Source: a virus
Lineage: Duplodnaviria > Caudoviricetes
Virus record (IMG/VR): IMGVR_UViG_2703719303_000002
Location: 39,354-103,353 of that record
DNA length: 64,000 bases
Direction: 5' to 3' (one strand)
The translations under genes were made by a program, and so were the position numbers. The notes beneath the pieces were generated by a model that saw only the letters and a list, made by a program, of their open reading frames with translations, did not search any database and was not told the DNA's origin. This document shows positions 39,422-50,144 of this stretch, one piece after another. Positions within the stretch are counted from its first letter, which is position 1, and every line of letters starts with the position of its first letter.

Positions 39422-40078
39422 GTGATAAAATTGAACTTTTATATACCACCTCATATAAATGAAAATTTTCAAGATTCTTTGAATTCACCTATAGCAACCT
39501 CTTTCATTCTAAATTCAAATTCGCAGAATATTATTAAAGCTATAGTACCAGAAGTAGATCATAGACTAAAAAGTGGTTCATCAACAAAAGGAACAAAACC
39601 AATCTACGCAGATATAAATTTTAAGTTAAACCTTGGAGATTATCTTCAAGCAGGTGATGATGAGATTTATATTGTTTCACAATTAAAGATAGAAAAATTC
39701 CCCAGATGCTATAGAATTCTAACCTCAGTTATTAATTCAAAAATAGATTTTTTAAGGCTTCAAGAAGCAACTGTAGATAATAATGGTACAATTTTAAAAC
39801 AGAAAGGTTGGAATTCTATTTTTGAAAAAGAATTCTTATGCTCTATTGATTCTCAGAACTTTGCATTCAAAGCAAATAGTACCTCTATAGGGCTTGAAGC
39901 AAGTAATGAAATATCAATTCAAACTCAATTTAATTTTTATACAAAAAAATTGAAAATTGGAGATAGATTATATTGGGGTACAGTTCTATATGAAATAAGT
40001 TCATTTAATTTTTCACAAGTTGATATAAACTTCAATAAAGGTTTATTAACAATAATAGCTAGGAGTATAACATTATGA
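39422..40078 (+). CDS. Putative head closure/neck protein
   Basis: Position; beta-rich LGDY/IGDR repeats. Confidence 0.6.
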   Translation: MIKLNFYIPPHINENFQDSLNSPIATSFILNSNSQNIIKAIVPEVDHRLKSGSSTKGTKPIYADINFKLNLGDYLQAGDDEIYIVSQLKIEKFPRCYRILTSVINSKIDFLRLQEATVDNNGTILKQKGWNSIFEKEFLCSIDSQNFAFKANSTSIGLEASNEISIQTQFNFYTKKLKIGDRLYWGTVLYEISSFNFSQVDINFNKGLLTIIARSITL

Positions 40079-40668
40079 CAGTCAAAATTGATGAAAAAAG
40101 ACTAATAAACGCTATAGTAATAGCTTTAAACAAAAAAATAGATGATGTTTGTAAAATTTTAATAGAATTTATTGTTGCAGAAATCTATCAATCTAATGCT
40201 GGTAATCCAGAATGGAAAAATGATGTAATACAATCCATTAAATTTAGAAGTGCTGTAAAATCAAATGCTCTTGTGCGAGAAATAGGCATTTTAAATCAAA
40301 ACGAAGGAACTATATATAAAGCTATGTTAGAGAATTATGGTATAGGACAAAAAGCAGATATAGAAAATAATCCTTACATAGAAGAATATTTTAATTCAAG
40401 TTATTATAATAAAACAAGAGACAATATGAAAATTTACAGCAGACCAAATGAACCTATTTTTGATCCTGATGAAAACGCTTGGAAACAAAGTTGTGCAAAA
40501 AGTCGCTATGAAATTCCAGCTTTTTCACAAGGACAAGAAGGCTCGCATTTTTGGGAAGATGTTTTTGGTGCTTCAAGTGGATTGGCAGAAAGTTATTTTA
40601 ATGAAGCTATTCTTGATGCGATCAATTCAGTAAATTTTGCGGACTATCTGTTAGTAAGAAGTGATTGA
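40075..40668 (+). CDS. Putative neck/tail-completion protein
   Basis: Position; ENYGIG motif. Confidence 0.6.
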   Translation: MTVKIDEKRLINAIVIALNKKIDDVCKILIEFIVAEIYQSNAGNPEWKNDVIQSIKFRSAVKSNALVREIGILNQNEGTIYKAMLENYGIGQKADIENNPYIEEYFNSSYYNKTRDNMKIYSRPNEPIFDPDENAWKQSCAKSRYEIPAFSQGQEGSHFWEDVFGASSGLAESYFNEAILDAINSVNFADYLLVRSD

Positions 40669-41134
40669 ATTTATGGGTATAACAGAAGATTATGCTTCTA
40701 TAACAAAACTATTAACAAATGATTTAAGACTAAAAACATTAATGAAAATACCAACGGAAGATATTGATAACTATGGAAAGTTAGTTACAGAATATTTTAT
40801 AGAAGGTAAAATTTCATATGTTCCTATTACCAAAAATGATTCATGTAGAATAAAATTTTATGCAGCCCCCTCATTAAGCACAAATAATATTTTTATTAAA
40901 AGAGAAACTTTAGTTATAGAAATATATATCCCAAACGAAATTGATAGAGATGAAAATAACTTTTTTAAAAGACGAGGAAATAAAATTGTTGATAGGCTTA
41001 TACATCTAATTCATAATAAAAGAGTTGCACAAAAATTATTTTTGTTAGAAAATCACAATGAGCTTCCATCCAGTACACCAAATTATTCTAGGATGTTTGT
41101 TCAATTTTTATATAAAAAAGTTTATGGGAATTAA
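40661..41134 (+). CDS. Putative tail terminator
   Basis: Directly before the tail tube gene. Confidence 0.6.
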   Translation: MIEFMGITEDYASITKLLTNDLRLKTLMKIPTEDIDNYGKLVTEYFIEGKISYVPITKNDSCRIKFYAAPSLSTNNIFIKRETLVIEIYIPNEIDRDENNFFKRRGNKIVDRLIHLIHNKRVAQKLFLLENHNELPSSTPNYSRMFVQFLYKKVYGN

Positions 41135-41152
41135 CTCATAAACTTTTATTTT
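41124..41152 (+). terminator. Intrinsic terminator-like hairpin
   Basis: AAAAGTTTATGGG/CTCATAAACTTTT stem (left arm begins near 41116) plus T-run. Confidence 0.55.
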
Positions 41153-41168
41153 TTAAGGAGGAAGGTTA

Positions 41169-42272
41169 ATGTCAGAAAAAAATGTAACAGGTTTTATTGC
41201 AGATGCTCCAAACGTATTGATAAGATCACGAAAAACCAGAGCCACTTATACTAATCTTACAGCTACTTCTGGAGAAATAACTTTTGGAGGAGATACATTA
41301 AAGGTAACAGGTGGATGGAGCTTTTATAATTTAGCAGAAATAGATAAAAGCAAAAGTATAACAGGAAAATTCACAGATGCAGAAATGAATATGTCTTCTC
41401 TTGCAATTGCAAGTGGTGGTAGTGTATCACAAGGAAAAAGCGAGTTTGAAATTTTTGGAGATTCATACCAAGTAAATGACGAAGGAAAAATTACTATAAA
41501 CGATATTGTAAAAGATGGTTCTTTAAGGATAAATGGATATGAACAAATTGCTGATGGAAATGTTGGAGAAGGACAATTTAAAGTTAGTATAGGAAAAAGT
41601 TCAACAATTGTTGAATTACCTCCTTCTGATAAAGGTACAATTGTATCCCCATCTTATACTATAGATGTAGACAATATTACTTCTTTATCTGTACAAACAG
41701 ATGATTTCCCAAAATCAGGGGAAGTTATTATTGATTTCCCTGTTTATGCTGGAAGCGAAGAAGATGAACAAGAAATTACAGGTTATTTACAAATTATAAT
41801 TTATAAAGCAAAGATTCTCCAATCAACAAAGGTTGGAGGTAATTATAAGACTGCATCAACATTTGATGTACAAATTAATGGTCTTGATCCTAAAAGACCA
41901 GATAAAAAAATGTATGATATTAGATTTAAGCCAATTTCTAATACTGTAGATACAATTCCTCCAGCTATATTATCAGTAGTTCCAGCAGATAAATCCACTT
42001 CAGCAACTAATGATATAATTTGGACATTTAATGAGCCTATTGATCCTGCTACAGTAACTCTATCTAAATTTTCTCTTATAAGTACTGATGGTTCAAATAT
42101 AAAGGGTACTTTAACACTATCAGATGATAGAATGACTGTAACATTAAAGCCTAATGTTGCTTTAAATACTGCTACAAAGTATTTAGCAACAGTAAGTGGA
42201 GACGTTACAGATTTAGCAGGGAATAGATTAGGAGACAATTTCACAACATCATTTACTACTGCCACATCTTAA
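41169..42272 (+). CDS. Major tail (tube) protein with C-terminal Ig-like (Big_5) domain
   Basis: DTIPPAILSVVP...FNEPID...VTDLAGN...SFTT. Confidence 0.82.
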   Translation: MSEKNVTGFIADAPNVLIRSRKTRATYTNLTATSGEITFGGDTLKVTGGWSFYNLAEIDKSKSITGKFTDAEMNMSSLAIASGGSVSQGKSEFEIFGDSYQVNDEGKITINDIVKDGSLRINGYEQIADGNVGEGQFKVSIGKSSTIVELPPSDKGTIVSPSYTIDVDNITSLSVQTDDFPKSGEVIIDFPVYAGSEEDEQEITGYLQIIIYKAKILQSTKVGGNYKTASTFDVQINGLDPKRPDKKMYDIRFKPISNTVDTIPPAILSVVPADKSTSATNDIIWTFNEPIDPATVTLSKFSLISTDGSNIKGTLTLSDDRMTVTLKPNVALNTATKYLATVSGDVTDLAGNRLGDNFTTSFTTATS

Positions 42273-42333
42273 GACAAGGTATAAGCCTTGTCTTTATACA
42301 TATAAAATCAAATAATATTTTAGGAGGAAAAAA

Positions 42334-42657
42334 ATGGGACAAAAAATAGGAATAGGTAATAAAGAATACGAGATAAAACCTGTAAAAATGAAATATATAA
42401 AACAGAACTTTTATGCTGATTATTTGCTTATTAAAAAATATGGTTTTTTAAATCTTGTAAGCAAATTTGTTGATGGGGAAACCATTATTATAAATTTTTT
42501 AAAGGCAGTTTTTGATAAGGAAGAGCTTCCAAAAGAATTAATTGATAATTTGAACAGTCCTATTCTCAAAGAAATACTAGAAGAAACAAAGAAAATAAAT
42601 GAAATTGATGATGAACAGAAAAAAAACGAAAAAAGGACTCCAATGATGAAGGAATAA
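42334..42657 (+). CDS. Tail assembly chaperone (gpG-like)
   Basis: Between tube and TMP; ends in a slippery site. Confidence 0.8.
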   Translation: MGQKIGIGNKEYEIKPVKMKYIKQNFYADYLLIKKYGFLNLVSKFVDGETIIINFLKAVFDKEELPKELIDNLNSPILKEILEETKKINEIDDEQKKNEKRTPMMKE

Positions 42658-42938
42658 CTCTTAGACGAGGTTATTCTTTACTTGGAGTCCATTGTGGATT
42701 TACAGAATCAGAAATAGATAACTTTTCGTATGTATTTTTTAAAGATTGTATCGTTGATTTAAGCTTAAAAGTAAGATATGATGGGATAAAAGGCTTAATA
42801 GGAAATTCTTATGCTAAAGATGCAGTCAAAATAATACAGGAATATAATCCTATAGAATTTAAATTATCTAAAAGCCAAAAGAAGCAAAAACATAAGCTAA
42901 CTTTAAATGATATAAAAAATATACAGCCTCTTATCTAA
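42334..42938 (+). CDS. Tail assembly chaperone gpGT-like product of a -1 frameshift
   Basis: A AAA AAC at 42621-42627; hairpin at 42635-42690; -1 frame open to TAA 42936-42938. Confidence 0.8.
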
Positions 42939-42973
42939 TAAAAAACCGAGTGAATTTTCACTTGGTTTTTTTA
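42939..42973. terminator. Bidirectional terminator
   Basis: AAAAAACCGAGTGAA/TTCACTTGGTTTTTT between convergent genes. Confidence 0.75.
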
Positions 42974-43227
42974 TCCTTTTTAAAAAATAATTCCTCTGTT
43001 TCTTTTGAACGATATGGTACAACATTTTTCTTTTTAAGTAATTTAAAAAATATAAAACTCTCTATTATTAAAAAAGAAACTGTAAGTAGTCCTGTAAAAT
43101 CACTATTCCAATTGAATTTTATCCCAACTATAAAAATTATAATTGCTGGTGAAAAAACCAGTACATAAGGAAAAATTGCTCCTAATAAAAAACAACATAT
43201 CAGCAAAACAATTGCTAGAATAATCAT
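42958..43227 (-). CDS. Moron: small multi-pass membrane protein
   Basis: Hydrophobic; GGAGGT RBS; own promoter; opposite strand to the tail operon. Confidence 0.8.
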   Translation of the reverse strand: MIILAIVLLICCFLLGAIFPYVLVFSPAIIIFIVGIKFNWNSDFTGLLTVSFLIIESFIFFKLLKKKNVVPYRSKETEELFFKKDKKTK

Positions 43228-43252
43228 TTTTATTACCTCCCTCTCATTTTGA

Positions 43253-43280
43253 ATTATACATATTTTTTACATAATGTCAA
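43253..43280 (-). promoter_or_regulatory. Consensus sigmaA promoter TTGACA-16-TATAAT
   Basis: tgtcaa at 43275-43280 and attata at 43253-43258 on +. Confidence 0.78.
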
Positions 43281-43309
43281 TTTTATCTTTTAAAAGGAAG
43301 TGATTTTTA

Positions 43310-46300
43310 ATGGAATCTAATAACGGTGAAAAGTTTATTGGTAGATTAACCTTAGATTTAAATAAACTAAAAGAAGATATAAGTCAGGCTAATAAAATCT
43401 TAGAAGATTTATCTAAGGTAAAAATCGACTCTATAGATATTGAAAGTGGTAAAAAATCCATAGAAGTTCTTCGTTCTATAGAAGCAGAATTCGAAAAGCT
43501 AAAGACTGCATCTGGAAAATCTTTTGATTCAGATATTTTTAGGAATATAGAAGAACAATTAAGCAAACTTGGAATAACACTTGATTCGAATACAACAAAA
43601 ATCACAAAATTTTATAAAGGAACATCAGAAGAAGCAAAAAACGGAGCAAACACATTCAAACAAATAACAGAGCAAATAGACGAATTGGGCAGAAAATATC
43701 AGGAAATAAAGAACTTAGAAATTAATGAGAATGGAGAAATTTTAGATAAAGGATCAGTTACAAAAGTTACCGAAAATCTTGAAAAAGAAGAAAAAGCTCG
43801 TAATGAAATTCAAGCGGCGATTAAAAAAACAATAAATGCTAGAGAAGAAGAACGAAGAACTATTGAAGAGAATCAAGCTAAAAATATAAACAAACAATTA
43901 GACCAAGAAGAAAAAGATAGACAAAAGATTGAATCAGAAATTTCAAAAACAATAAATGCTAGAGAACAAGAACGAAGAATTATTGAAGAGAATCAAGCTA
44001 CAGCTATAAATAAAAGTTTAGAACAAGAATATAGAGATAGACAAAAGATTACAGAGCAACTAGAAAAACAAAGGGTTGCAGAACTTAAAGAGTACACTCA
44101 AATTCAAGCTAATAGTTCTGCGTATTTAAAGTTATCAGAAAGTATTTCTCAGATATCAAGTAAATCAAGTTTAGCAATGGGATCAGGAAACGCAAATAAC
44201 ACTTTTCTTGATAGAATGAAAATTTCAGCAGCTTACGCTGGTTCTGCTGTTGTTATTGCATCAGTAACGGGAGAAATTAGAAATGCGATTAGCACCAATA
44301 CAGAGTATGAAAAAAACCTTGTAGACCTAGGTAGAGTCTTAGATAGTAATAAAAAAAGTCTACAAGATTTTGGACAATATGCAGTTAGAACCTCAAAAGA
44401 ATTTGGACAGGATCTTGGGGGTATACAAAGTGCTATGTCAAGCTTAGCTGCACAAGGTGTTAGTGCTAAAAAAGACTTAGAAAGTATGACAAAGACTGTT
44501 TCATTAGGGTTAAATACTAGTGAAATTACAAACTCTAATGAGATGGTTCAATTGTTAGTATCATCAATGAAGCAATTAGGAATTAATTTTTCTGACTCAG
44601 AAAAAGTTTTGGATAGCTGGAATAAAACCGCAGATATTAGCATGGCAAAAACCGCAGATTTTGCTCAGGTTACAGATAAAGCTGGTATGACATCAAAAGA
44701 TATGGGTATTAGTTTAAATCAATTAAATGGTATTACTGCTGTGCTAGCTGACAATACTGGGAAAAGTGGAAACGAAATAGGTGATGCTTTAAAGTCTATG
44801 GAAAATAGACTTGAACGCCCCAAAACATTAGAGACTTTAAGAGGTTATGGTATTGAAGTAATGAAAGATAAAGACCATTTTAAAGATTTTGGAGATATAG
44901 TAAAAGAAGTTTCTTCAGCACTCGATAAATTTGGAGATAACACTACTCAGAGCAATAGTATTTTAGATGCTTTGGGTGGGACAATGAGAAAAGACTGGAT
45001 TGATGTTTTAGCGAAGAATTGGAAAGATGTTGATAAATTCGCTAAACAATCTGCCAATAGTGCTGGTTATTCTGCTAAAAAGAACGCTCAAGCAATGAGT
45101 ACTGTAGAAAAACAAGTAAAAGTTCTTGAAGCTTCGGTAAAAGAATTTTTTGTTACTCTTGGTCAAAGTGGTGGATTGACAGAAATTAGAACCGTTGTAA
45201 ATGGTGCAAATGATGTTGTTCAAGCTCTAGAAGGAGTAAATAAGGGTTTTGGTTCACTTTTATTGCTTATTCCTCAAGTAGCCTTAGCAATAAAAGGTTT
45301 AAATTTTGCTTCTAACGCTATAACAGGGAAATCATGGAAACAGTTGTTTAATGATCATGGTGGTGAATCAACTGCTTCCATAAAAGCTTACAGTTCTGCT
45401 GTAAAAAGCGTACAAAGAGATGTCGCATCAGGTAATATAACTTTGGAAGAATCCGCAACAATTTTAGATGTTATTAGACAAAAGGTAGGTTTAAGTAAGG
45501 CTCAAGTAGATATATTTGCAGCAGCAGAAGAAAACTTAAAAGCTAAGGTCGCAGCAGGAACAATGACAGAAGAAGAAGCGTCAGAAGCCTTAGAAGCAAT
45601 GCAAATAAAAATGAAAGCGACTACTGTTTCAGCAGAAGAAGCTAGTTCTGCAAATAATGCGCTTTCTGTTGCTCAAAAGTCAGCTACTTTAAGTACCATG
45701 GGACTTAATTTAGCATTAGGTGGTATTGTTGGTGCATTAACTATAGGTTTGTCTATGGCTATATCAGACATTATCGAAAAACATGAAGAGCAAAAGCAAA
45801 AAGTAGATAAATTAAAACAGGGCTATGAAGATTTAACAAAAGCCATGAAGGACAACTCTATCACAGCAGATAATGACGATTATAAAAATTTAGAGAAGGA
45901 ACAATCAACTTTAGAAAATGCTTTAAAAAGAAAAGCAGAACTAGAAGGCAAAATCAATTCTGTAAATAAATCTAAAAAAAATGATAAATGGGGAAATTCA
46001 TTAGGCGATACAGGAAAACTTAAAGATTTTCAAAGTGAACTAAACAAAGTAAATAAGGTAATAAGTGAAACTCAAAAAAATTTAGACACTACTGGATATT
46101 CTTATGATAAAACTACTGGTAAAATCAAGCTCTTATCAGAAGCATCTGAACAAATTGCTAATAATAAAAGTATTGAGGGTGTTGCTAGAGATCTTACAGA
46201 GAATTCAGATAAAGCAAAAACTTCTATAGGACAGCTAATACAATCCTATGTTACTTTATATAAACAATCAGATAAAACAGCCTTGGAATCACAAAAGCAA

Positions 46301-49300
46301 AAAGGTTTAGCACAACAACTAGCCTTAGTATTTGGTGATTTAACTTTATCAACAGATAAGAATGGAGACACTATTATAAAAAACGCTTCAGCTCTACAAA
46401 AGGATACTGAAGCCTTTATAAAAGGAAATGCTGTAGTTAAAGATGCTATATTAAATGATAAGGAATTGCAACAAGCACAAGAAAAAATAAATAAAGCCAT
46501 ACAATCTACTACAAATAGCTACAAATCATATTTATCGTATTCAAATCAAATTGAAAGAAATAACAAACTTGATGCACAATCTGTAGCTGATATAAAAAAA
46601 AATCATCAAGAGTTAGTACCATATTTAAATAATACTAAACAATTGTATAGTAAAATACAACAGGGAATTAGTTCTTTTAAAAATACTGTAGTTATGTCAT
46701 ATGCGCAAATGCAAATGGCAGAACAAAAGAATTACTCAAAATTGGGAGCAGAATATCAGCAATATACAAAGCTACAGAGACAAATAAGTAAGAATAAAGG
46801 TTCATCCAAAGAATTAGCTGATGCTAAAAAGCAAGTTGGTAAAATCGCTCAGGATTTAGCAAATAAAATAAAAGGGCTTAGTACTGTAACAGATAAAAAT
46901 GGAAATGTAACTCTTAAAGCTGGGAATAAAGAAAAAGAAATTATAAAAATATTAAAATCAGAAGGTAATACCTATAAAGAATTAGAAAAAATAAAATTAG
47001 GTAGTTCAAAATCTACAACCATGATAGAGGATGGCAATACTGCTGTTACTCAGAAACAAGCTCAATATCGTATAGGTTATTATACTAAAGAAGCAAAAAT
47101 GATAGCTGCAAAGGCAAAAGTAAAAATAAATGCTTCAACTTTAGAGATAAAGGCTGGTCAAGCTTTAACTTCTAAGGCTCAAAAAAACGCAAAAGAAAGA
47201 ATAAAAGCATTACAAGAGGAAATTGATTCCCTAAAGGAAGCTTCAAAGGAAATTGACAAGCTGTTTGAACAAGCTCAAAGTGCTGCTGACTCATCAATGA
47301 ATACAGTAGATTCAGATAACATTGGTGACTATGCATCTGAAGATGCGGCAGAAAAGGCTGAGGAAAAAGCAGAAAAGGCTGAGGAAAAAGCTGAAAAAAA
47401 ACAGCAAGAAGCTGAAGAAAAAGCTGAACGTCAACGAGAAGAAACTCAGAGAAAGGCTGAAGAAGCTCAAAGAAAGGCTGAAGAGCAACAGAGAAAGAGT
47501 CTCGAAGAAGAAAAAAAACACATGGATGAAGCTTTGGAATCAAGCTATAAGATAGAAAAACAACACCAGCAAGAAATAATAGATATGTATAAATCTCAAC
47601 TAGATGAATTAGAAAAAAAACATGCCCTTCAAGAATCTAACAATGAACAACAAGAATATGAAAACAAACTTCTTGAGGATAAGCAAAAATTAGAAAATGC
47701 CCAAACAGAAAAAACTGTTAGGGACATAACAACAGGACAATGGATTACTGATAGTGATGCTATATATGAAGCACAAAAACAACTAAATGAAGATCAAAAA
47801 GAATATGATCAATGGAAAGAGGAACAAGATTATAAACAGCAAGAAGACACTTTAAATGGGCAATTAGAATCTGCTCAAAGCAAAATGGATGAAATAGAAA
47901 ATAATTATCAAAATCAAAAAGATAATGTTGATCAATCTTATGAAAGTAAAGAAGAAGCACTTGGTGGATATGTTGATGGAACTGATTATGTTCCTGAAAG
48001 TGGTTTTTATGATTTAGTTGAAGATGGTAAACCAGAATTAGTTGTAAAATCTAGCAAACAATTTTTACCAAAAGGCTCAATGGTAATAAATAATGAAAAT
48101 TTAAACAAACTAGGTTCTATTACAAGCAATCAGGCAACAGAAAAAGCCCCTAGCCCAAATAGCTCAAATGATATAAATGAAATTTCTGTTAACGCAAAAC
48201 CAATAGTTTCTTTAGTAAAAGATATAACTAAAAGCTTACTGTCTTTCGAAAAAAATTCTTCAAATTTTAGTAAGAATACCTTAAAAAATATTGGGGATGC
48301 AATTACCGATAATAAAGAATTAACTTTAACTCCACAACAAAAATTTCAACAAGATATAGATAAAACTATTTCTCAATTTGTTAATAATACAATAAATTAT
48401 GGTAAGAATAGTGATAAAAATATTGGACAAGGAATATCTGATGAAAAGCAAAATGTTATAGACCCTATTAACCTATTAACTGCTGAAGAAGCACAACTTT
48501 TAAATGATTTTTCTAAAAGTTGTGCTTCTTATGGCTCAGATTTAGTTACTGAACTAGGTAATGGAGTAAAGAGTAGTGAAGATAACCTTACAAATATTGT
48601 TCAAGATCTAACTCAGAAAGTAATAACTAAATTTAAGGAAGGCTTTGGGATACATTCTCCTAGTAGGGTTATGTATGAGATTGGTGATTACTTAATGCAG
48701 GGCTTAATAAATGGTATGTCTGATAATGATGTAACAGAATTTATTAAATCTCAAGTTTCAAGTGCGATAGGTGTGGCTGGTGGAGCAGCAAGCGGAAGTT
48801 TATCAGAGTGGATAAGAACCGCCATGTCTTTAACTGGTGTTGGAGAAGAGTGGTTTGCACCATTAACACAAATTATTGAACATGAATCTGGTGGTGACCC
48901 TAATAGTATAAACCTTTGGGATATTAATGCTATAGAGGGACACCCCTCAAAAGGTCTTATGCAACTAATAGACGAGAATATGCAAGACTGGCATTTACCT
49001 AATTTACCAGATGATATTTATAATCCAATATCAAACATAGCAGCAGGTATAAGGCTTATAGAACATGATTATGGAAACATATTTAATGTTCCAGGCATTA
49101 AAGCTTTAGCAGCAGGGAGACCTTATGTGGGTTATGCTAGAGGTGGAAAAGTTGAAGATAATGGTTTGGCTACAATAAATGAATATGGTCAGGAAATGAG
49201 AATGTTAAATGCAGGAGATCAGGTGGTTACTGCGCAAAAAACTCAAAGTATAGTTAATTTTGCTGAGAATATTCCTAATTTAATGGCGTCTATAAGAACA

Positions 49301-49468
49301 CCAAAAATTATTTTACCTAGTAGTTTAAATGTTAATGGAAATAGTCCTAATTCTAGTGGATTAGCTAATCAAAGAGTCTTTCATATAAATAACCTAAATG
49401 TCCAAGCGAATGATGCAAAACAACTAATAAAAAGCTTGGAACTAATGGTTGAAACAGGAGATTATTAA
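43310..49468 (+). CDS. Tape measure protein with C-terminal lytic transglycosylase (SLT) domain
   Basis: 2052 aa, TP901-type TMP core, FGIHSPSR, HESGGDPNSINLWDINA...GLMQ. Confidence 0.93.
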   Translation: MESNNGEKFIGRLTLDLNKLKEDISQANKILEDLSKVKIDSIDIESGKKSIEVLRSIEAEFEKLKTASGKSFDSDIFRNIEEQLSKLGITLDSNTTKITKFYKGTSEEAKNGANTFKQITEQIDELGRKYQEIKNLEINENGEILDKGSVTKVTENLEKEEKARNEIQAAIKKTINAREEERRTIEENQAKNINKQLDQEEKDRQKIESEISKTINAREQERRIIEENQATAINKSLEQEYRDRQKITEQLEKQRVAELKEYTQIQANSSAYLKLSESISQISSKSSLAMGSGNANNTFLDRMKISAAYAGSAVVIASVTGEIRNAISTNTEYEKNLVDLGRVLDSNKKSLQDFGQYAVRTSKEFGQDLGGIQSAMSSLAAQGVSAKKDLESMTKTVSLGLNTSEITNSNEMVQLLVSSMKQLGINFSDSEKVLDSWNKTADISMAKTADFAQVTDKAGMTSKDMGISLNQLNGITAVLADNTGKSGNEIGDALKSMENRLERPKTLETLRGYGIEVMKDKDHFKDFGDIVKEVSSALDKFGDNTTQSNSILDALGGTMRKDWIDVLAKNWKDVDKFAKQSANSAGYSAKKNAQAMSTVEKQVKVLEASVKEFFVTLGQSGGLTEIRTVVNGANDVVQALEGVNKGFGSLLLLIPQVALAIKGLNFASNAITGKSWKQLFNDHGGESTASIKAYSSAVKSVQRDVASGNITLEESATILDVIRQKVGLSKAQVDIFAAAEENLKAKVAAGTMTEEEASEALEAMQIKMKATTVSAEEASSANNALSVAQKSATLSTMGLNLALGGIVGALTIGLSMAISDIIEKHEEQKQKVDKLKQGYEDLTKAMKDNSITADNDDYKNLEKEQSTLENALKRKAELEGKINSVNKSKKNDKWGNSLGDTGKLKDFQSELNKVNKVISETQKNLDTTGYSYDKTTGKIKLLSEASEQIANNKSIEGVARDLTENSDKAKTSIGQLIQSYVTLYKQSDKTALESQKQKGLAQQLALVFGDLTLSTDKNGDTIIKNASALQKDTEAFIKGNAVVKDAILNDKELQQAQEKINKAIQSTTNSYKSYLSYSNQIERNNKLDAQSVADIKKNHQELVPYLNNTKQLYSKIQQGISSFKNTVVMSYAQMQMAEQKNYSKLGAEYQQYTKLQRQISKNKGSSKELADAKKQVGKIAQDLANKIKGLSTVTDKNGNVTLKAGNKEKEIIKILKSEGNTYKELEKIKLGSSKSTTMIEDGNTAVTQKQAQYRIGYYTKEAKMIAAKAKVKINASTLEIKAGQALTSKAQKNAKERIKALQEEIDSLKEASKEIDKLFEQAQSAADSSMNTVDSDNIGDYASEDAAEKAEEKAEKAEEKAEKKQQEAEEKAERQREETQRKAEEAQRKAEEQQRKSLEEEKKHMDEALESSYKIEKQHQQEIIDMYKSQLDELEKKHALQESNNEQQEYENKLLEDKQKLENAQTEKTVRDITTGQWITDSDAIYEAQKQLNEDQKEYDQWKEEQDYKQQEDTLNGQLESAQSKMDEIENNYQNQKDNVDQSYESKEEALGGYVDGTDYVPESGFYDLVEDGKPELVVKSSKQFLPKGSMVINNENLNKLGSITSNQATEKAPSPNSSNDINEISVNAKPIVSLVKDITKSLLSFEKNSSNFSKNTLKNIGDAITDNKELTLTPQQKFQQDIDKTISQFVNNTINYGKNSDKNIGQGISDEKQNVIDPINLLTAEEAQLLNDFSKSCASYGSDLVTELGNGVKSSEDNLTNIVQDLTQKVITKFKEGFGIHSPSRVMYEIGDYLMQGLINGMSDNDVTEFIKSQVSSAIGVAGGAASGSLSEWIRTAMSLTGVGEEWFAPLTQIIEHESGGDPNSINLWDINAIEGHPSKGLMQLIDENMQDWHLPNLPDDIYNPISNIAAGIRLIEHDYGNIFNVPGIKALAAGRPYVGYARGGKVEDNGLATINEYGQEMRMLNAGDQVVTAQKTQSIVNFAENIPNLMASIRTPKIILPSSLNVNGNSPNSSGLANQRVFHINNLNVQANDAKQLIKSLELMVETGDY
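43825..44050 (+). repeat. 120-bp-period duplication inside TMP
   Basis: AAAACAATAAATGCTAGAGAA...GAGAATCAAGCTA...GATAGACAAAAGATT at 43825 and 43945. Confidence 0.85.
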
Positions 49469-49500
49469 AGTGTTAGGTTTTAAAATCTAACACTTCTTTT
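49468..49500 (+). terminator. Terminator after TMP
   Basis: AAGTGTTAG/CTAACACTT plus T-run. Confidence 0.65.
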
Positions 49501-49518
49501 TAATAGGAGGTTATTTAA

Positions 49519-50139
49519 ATGGCAACAATTTTCCAACCAAGTTTTATGTATCCTTATGGTTCTTGTGTAGATTTAAGTGAAGATATCGTTGTTTCTGCAA
49601 AAGTTAATGGTATAAAAATAGATTCATATCAATTAAAATTCTATAAAAACGTAGATGGCTCTCTTCTGTGGGATAGTGGAAAAGTTTCATTATCCACTCC
49701 ACTACCAACAAAAAATCAAAAATATTTAGAAGTTAAAATATCAGCTAATACTATAACTTTTAAGGGTGAAATAAAATGGACTTTAACTTACTGGAATGGT
49801 GACGAGTCTATTACATCTCAAGAAAAGATTTTTTACAATATGACAACCCCTATTATAAATCTCTCTTTACCAACTCAGCTTGCTTCTTCGCAAGTCTCTT
49901 TTACAGCTACATATTCACAGGCAGAAAATATACAACTTAAGAGTTGGCAAGCAGCTTTATATCCTGTTAGTTATAGGCTTGATGGTGGTCATATTATTGA
50001 AAGAGCTGATGGATCGGTTTTAGATAGTGGTCATATTACAGATTTGATAAATAAAAGTGTTGAAAAAAGATACAGTCTAGATGAAGGACATATAAATGAT
50101 TTAATTGAAAAAATAAAAAAATCTGGTGAGGAGGGTTAA
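49519..50139 (+). CDS. Baseplate/distal tail protein (N-terminal Ig/FN3-like part)
   Basis: Follows TMP; ATYSQAEN; C-terminal LDxGHI x3. Confidence 0.7.
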   Translation: MATIFQPSFMYPYGSCVDLSEDIVVSAKVNGIKIDSYQLKFYKNVDGSLLWDSGKVSLSTPLPTKNQKYLEVKISANTITFKGEIKWTLTYWNGDESITSQEKIFYNMTTPIINLSLPTQLASSQVSFTATYSQAENIQLKSWQAALYPVSYRLDGGHIIERADGSVLDSGHITDLINKSVEKRYSLDEGHINDLIEKIKKSGEEG

Positions 50140-50144
50140 TTAAA

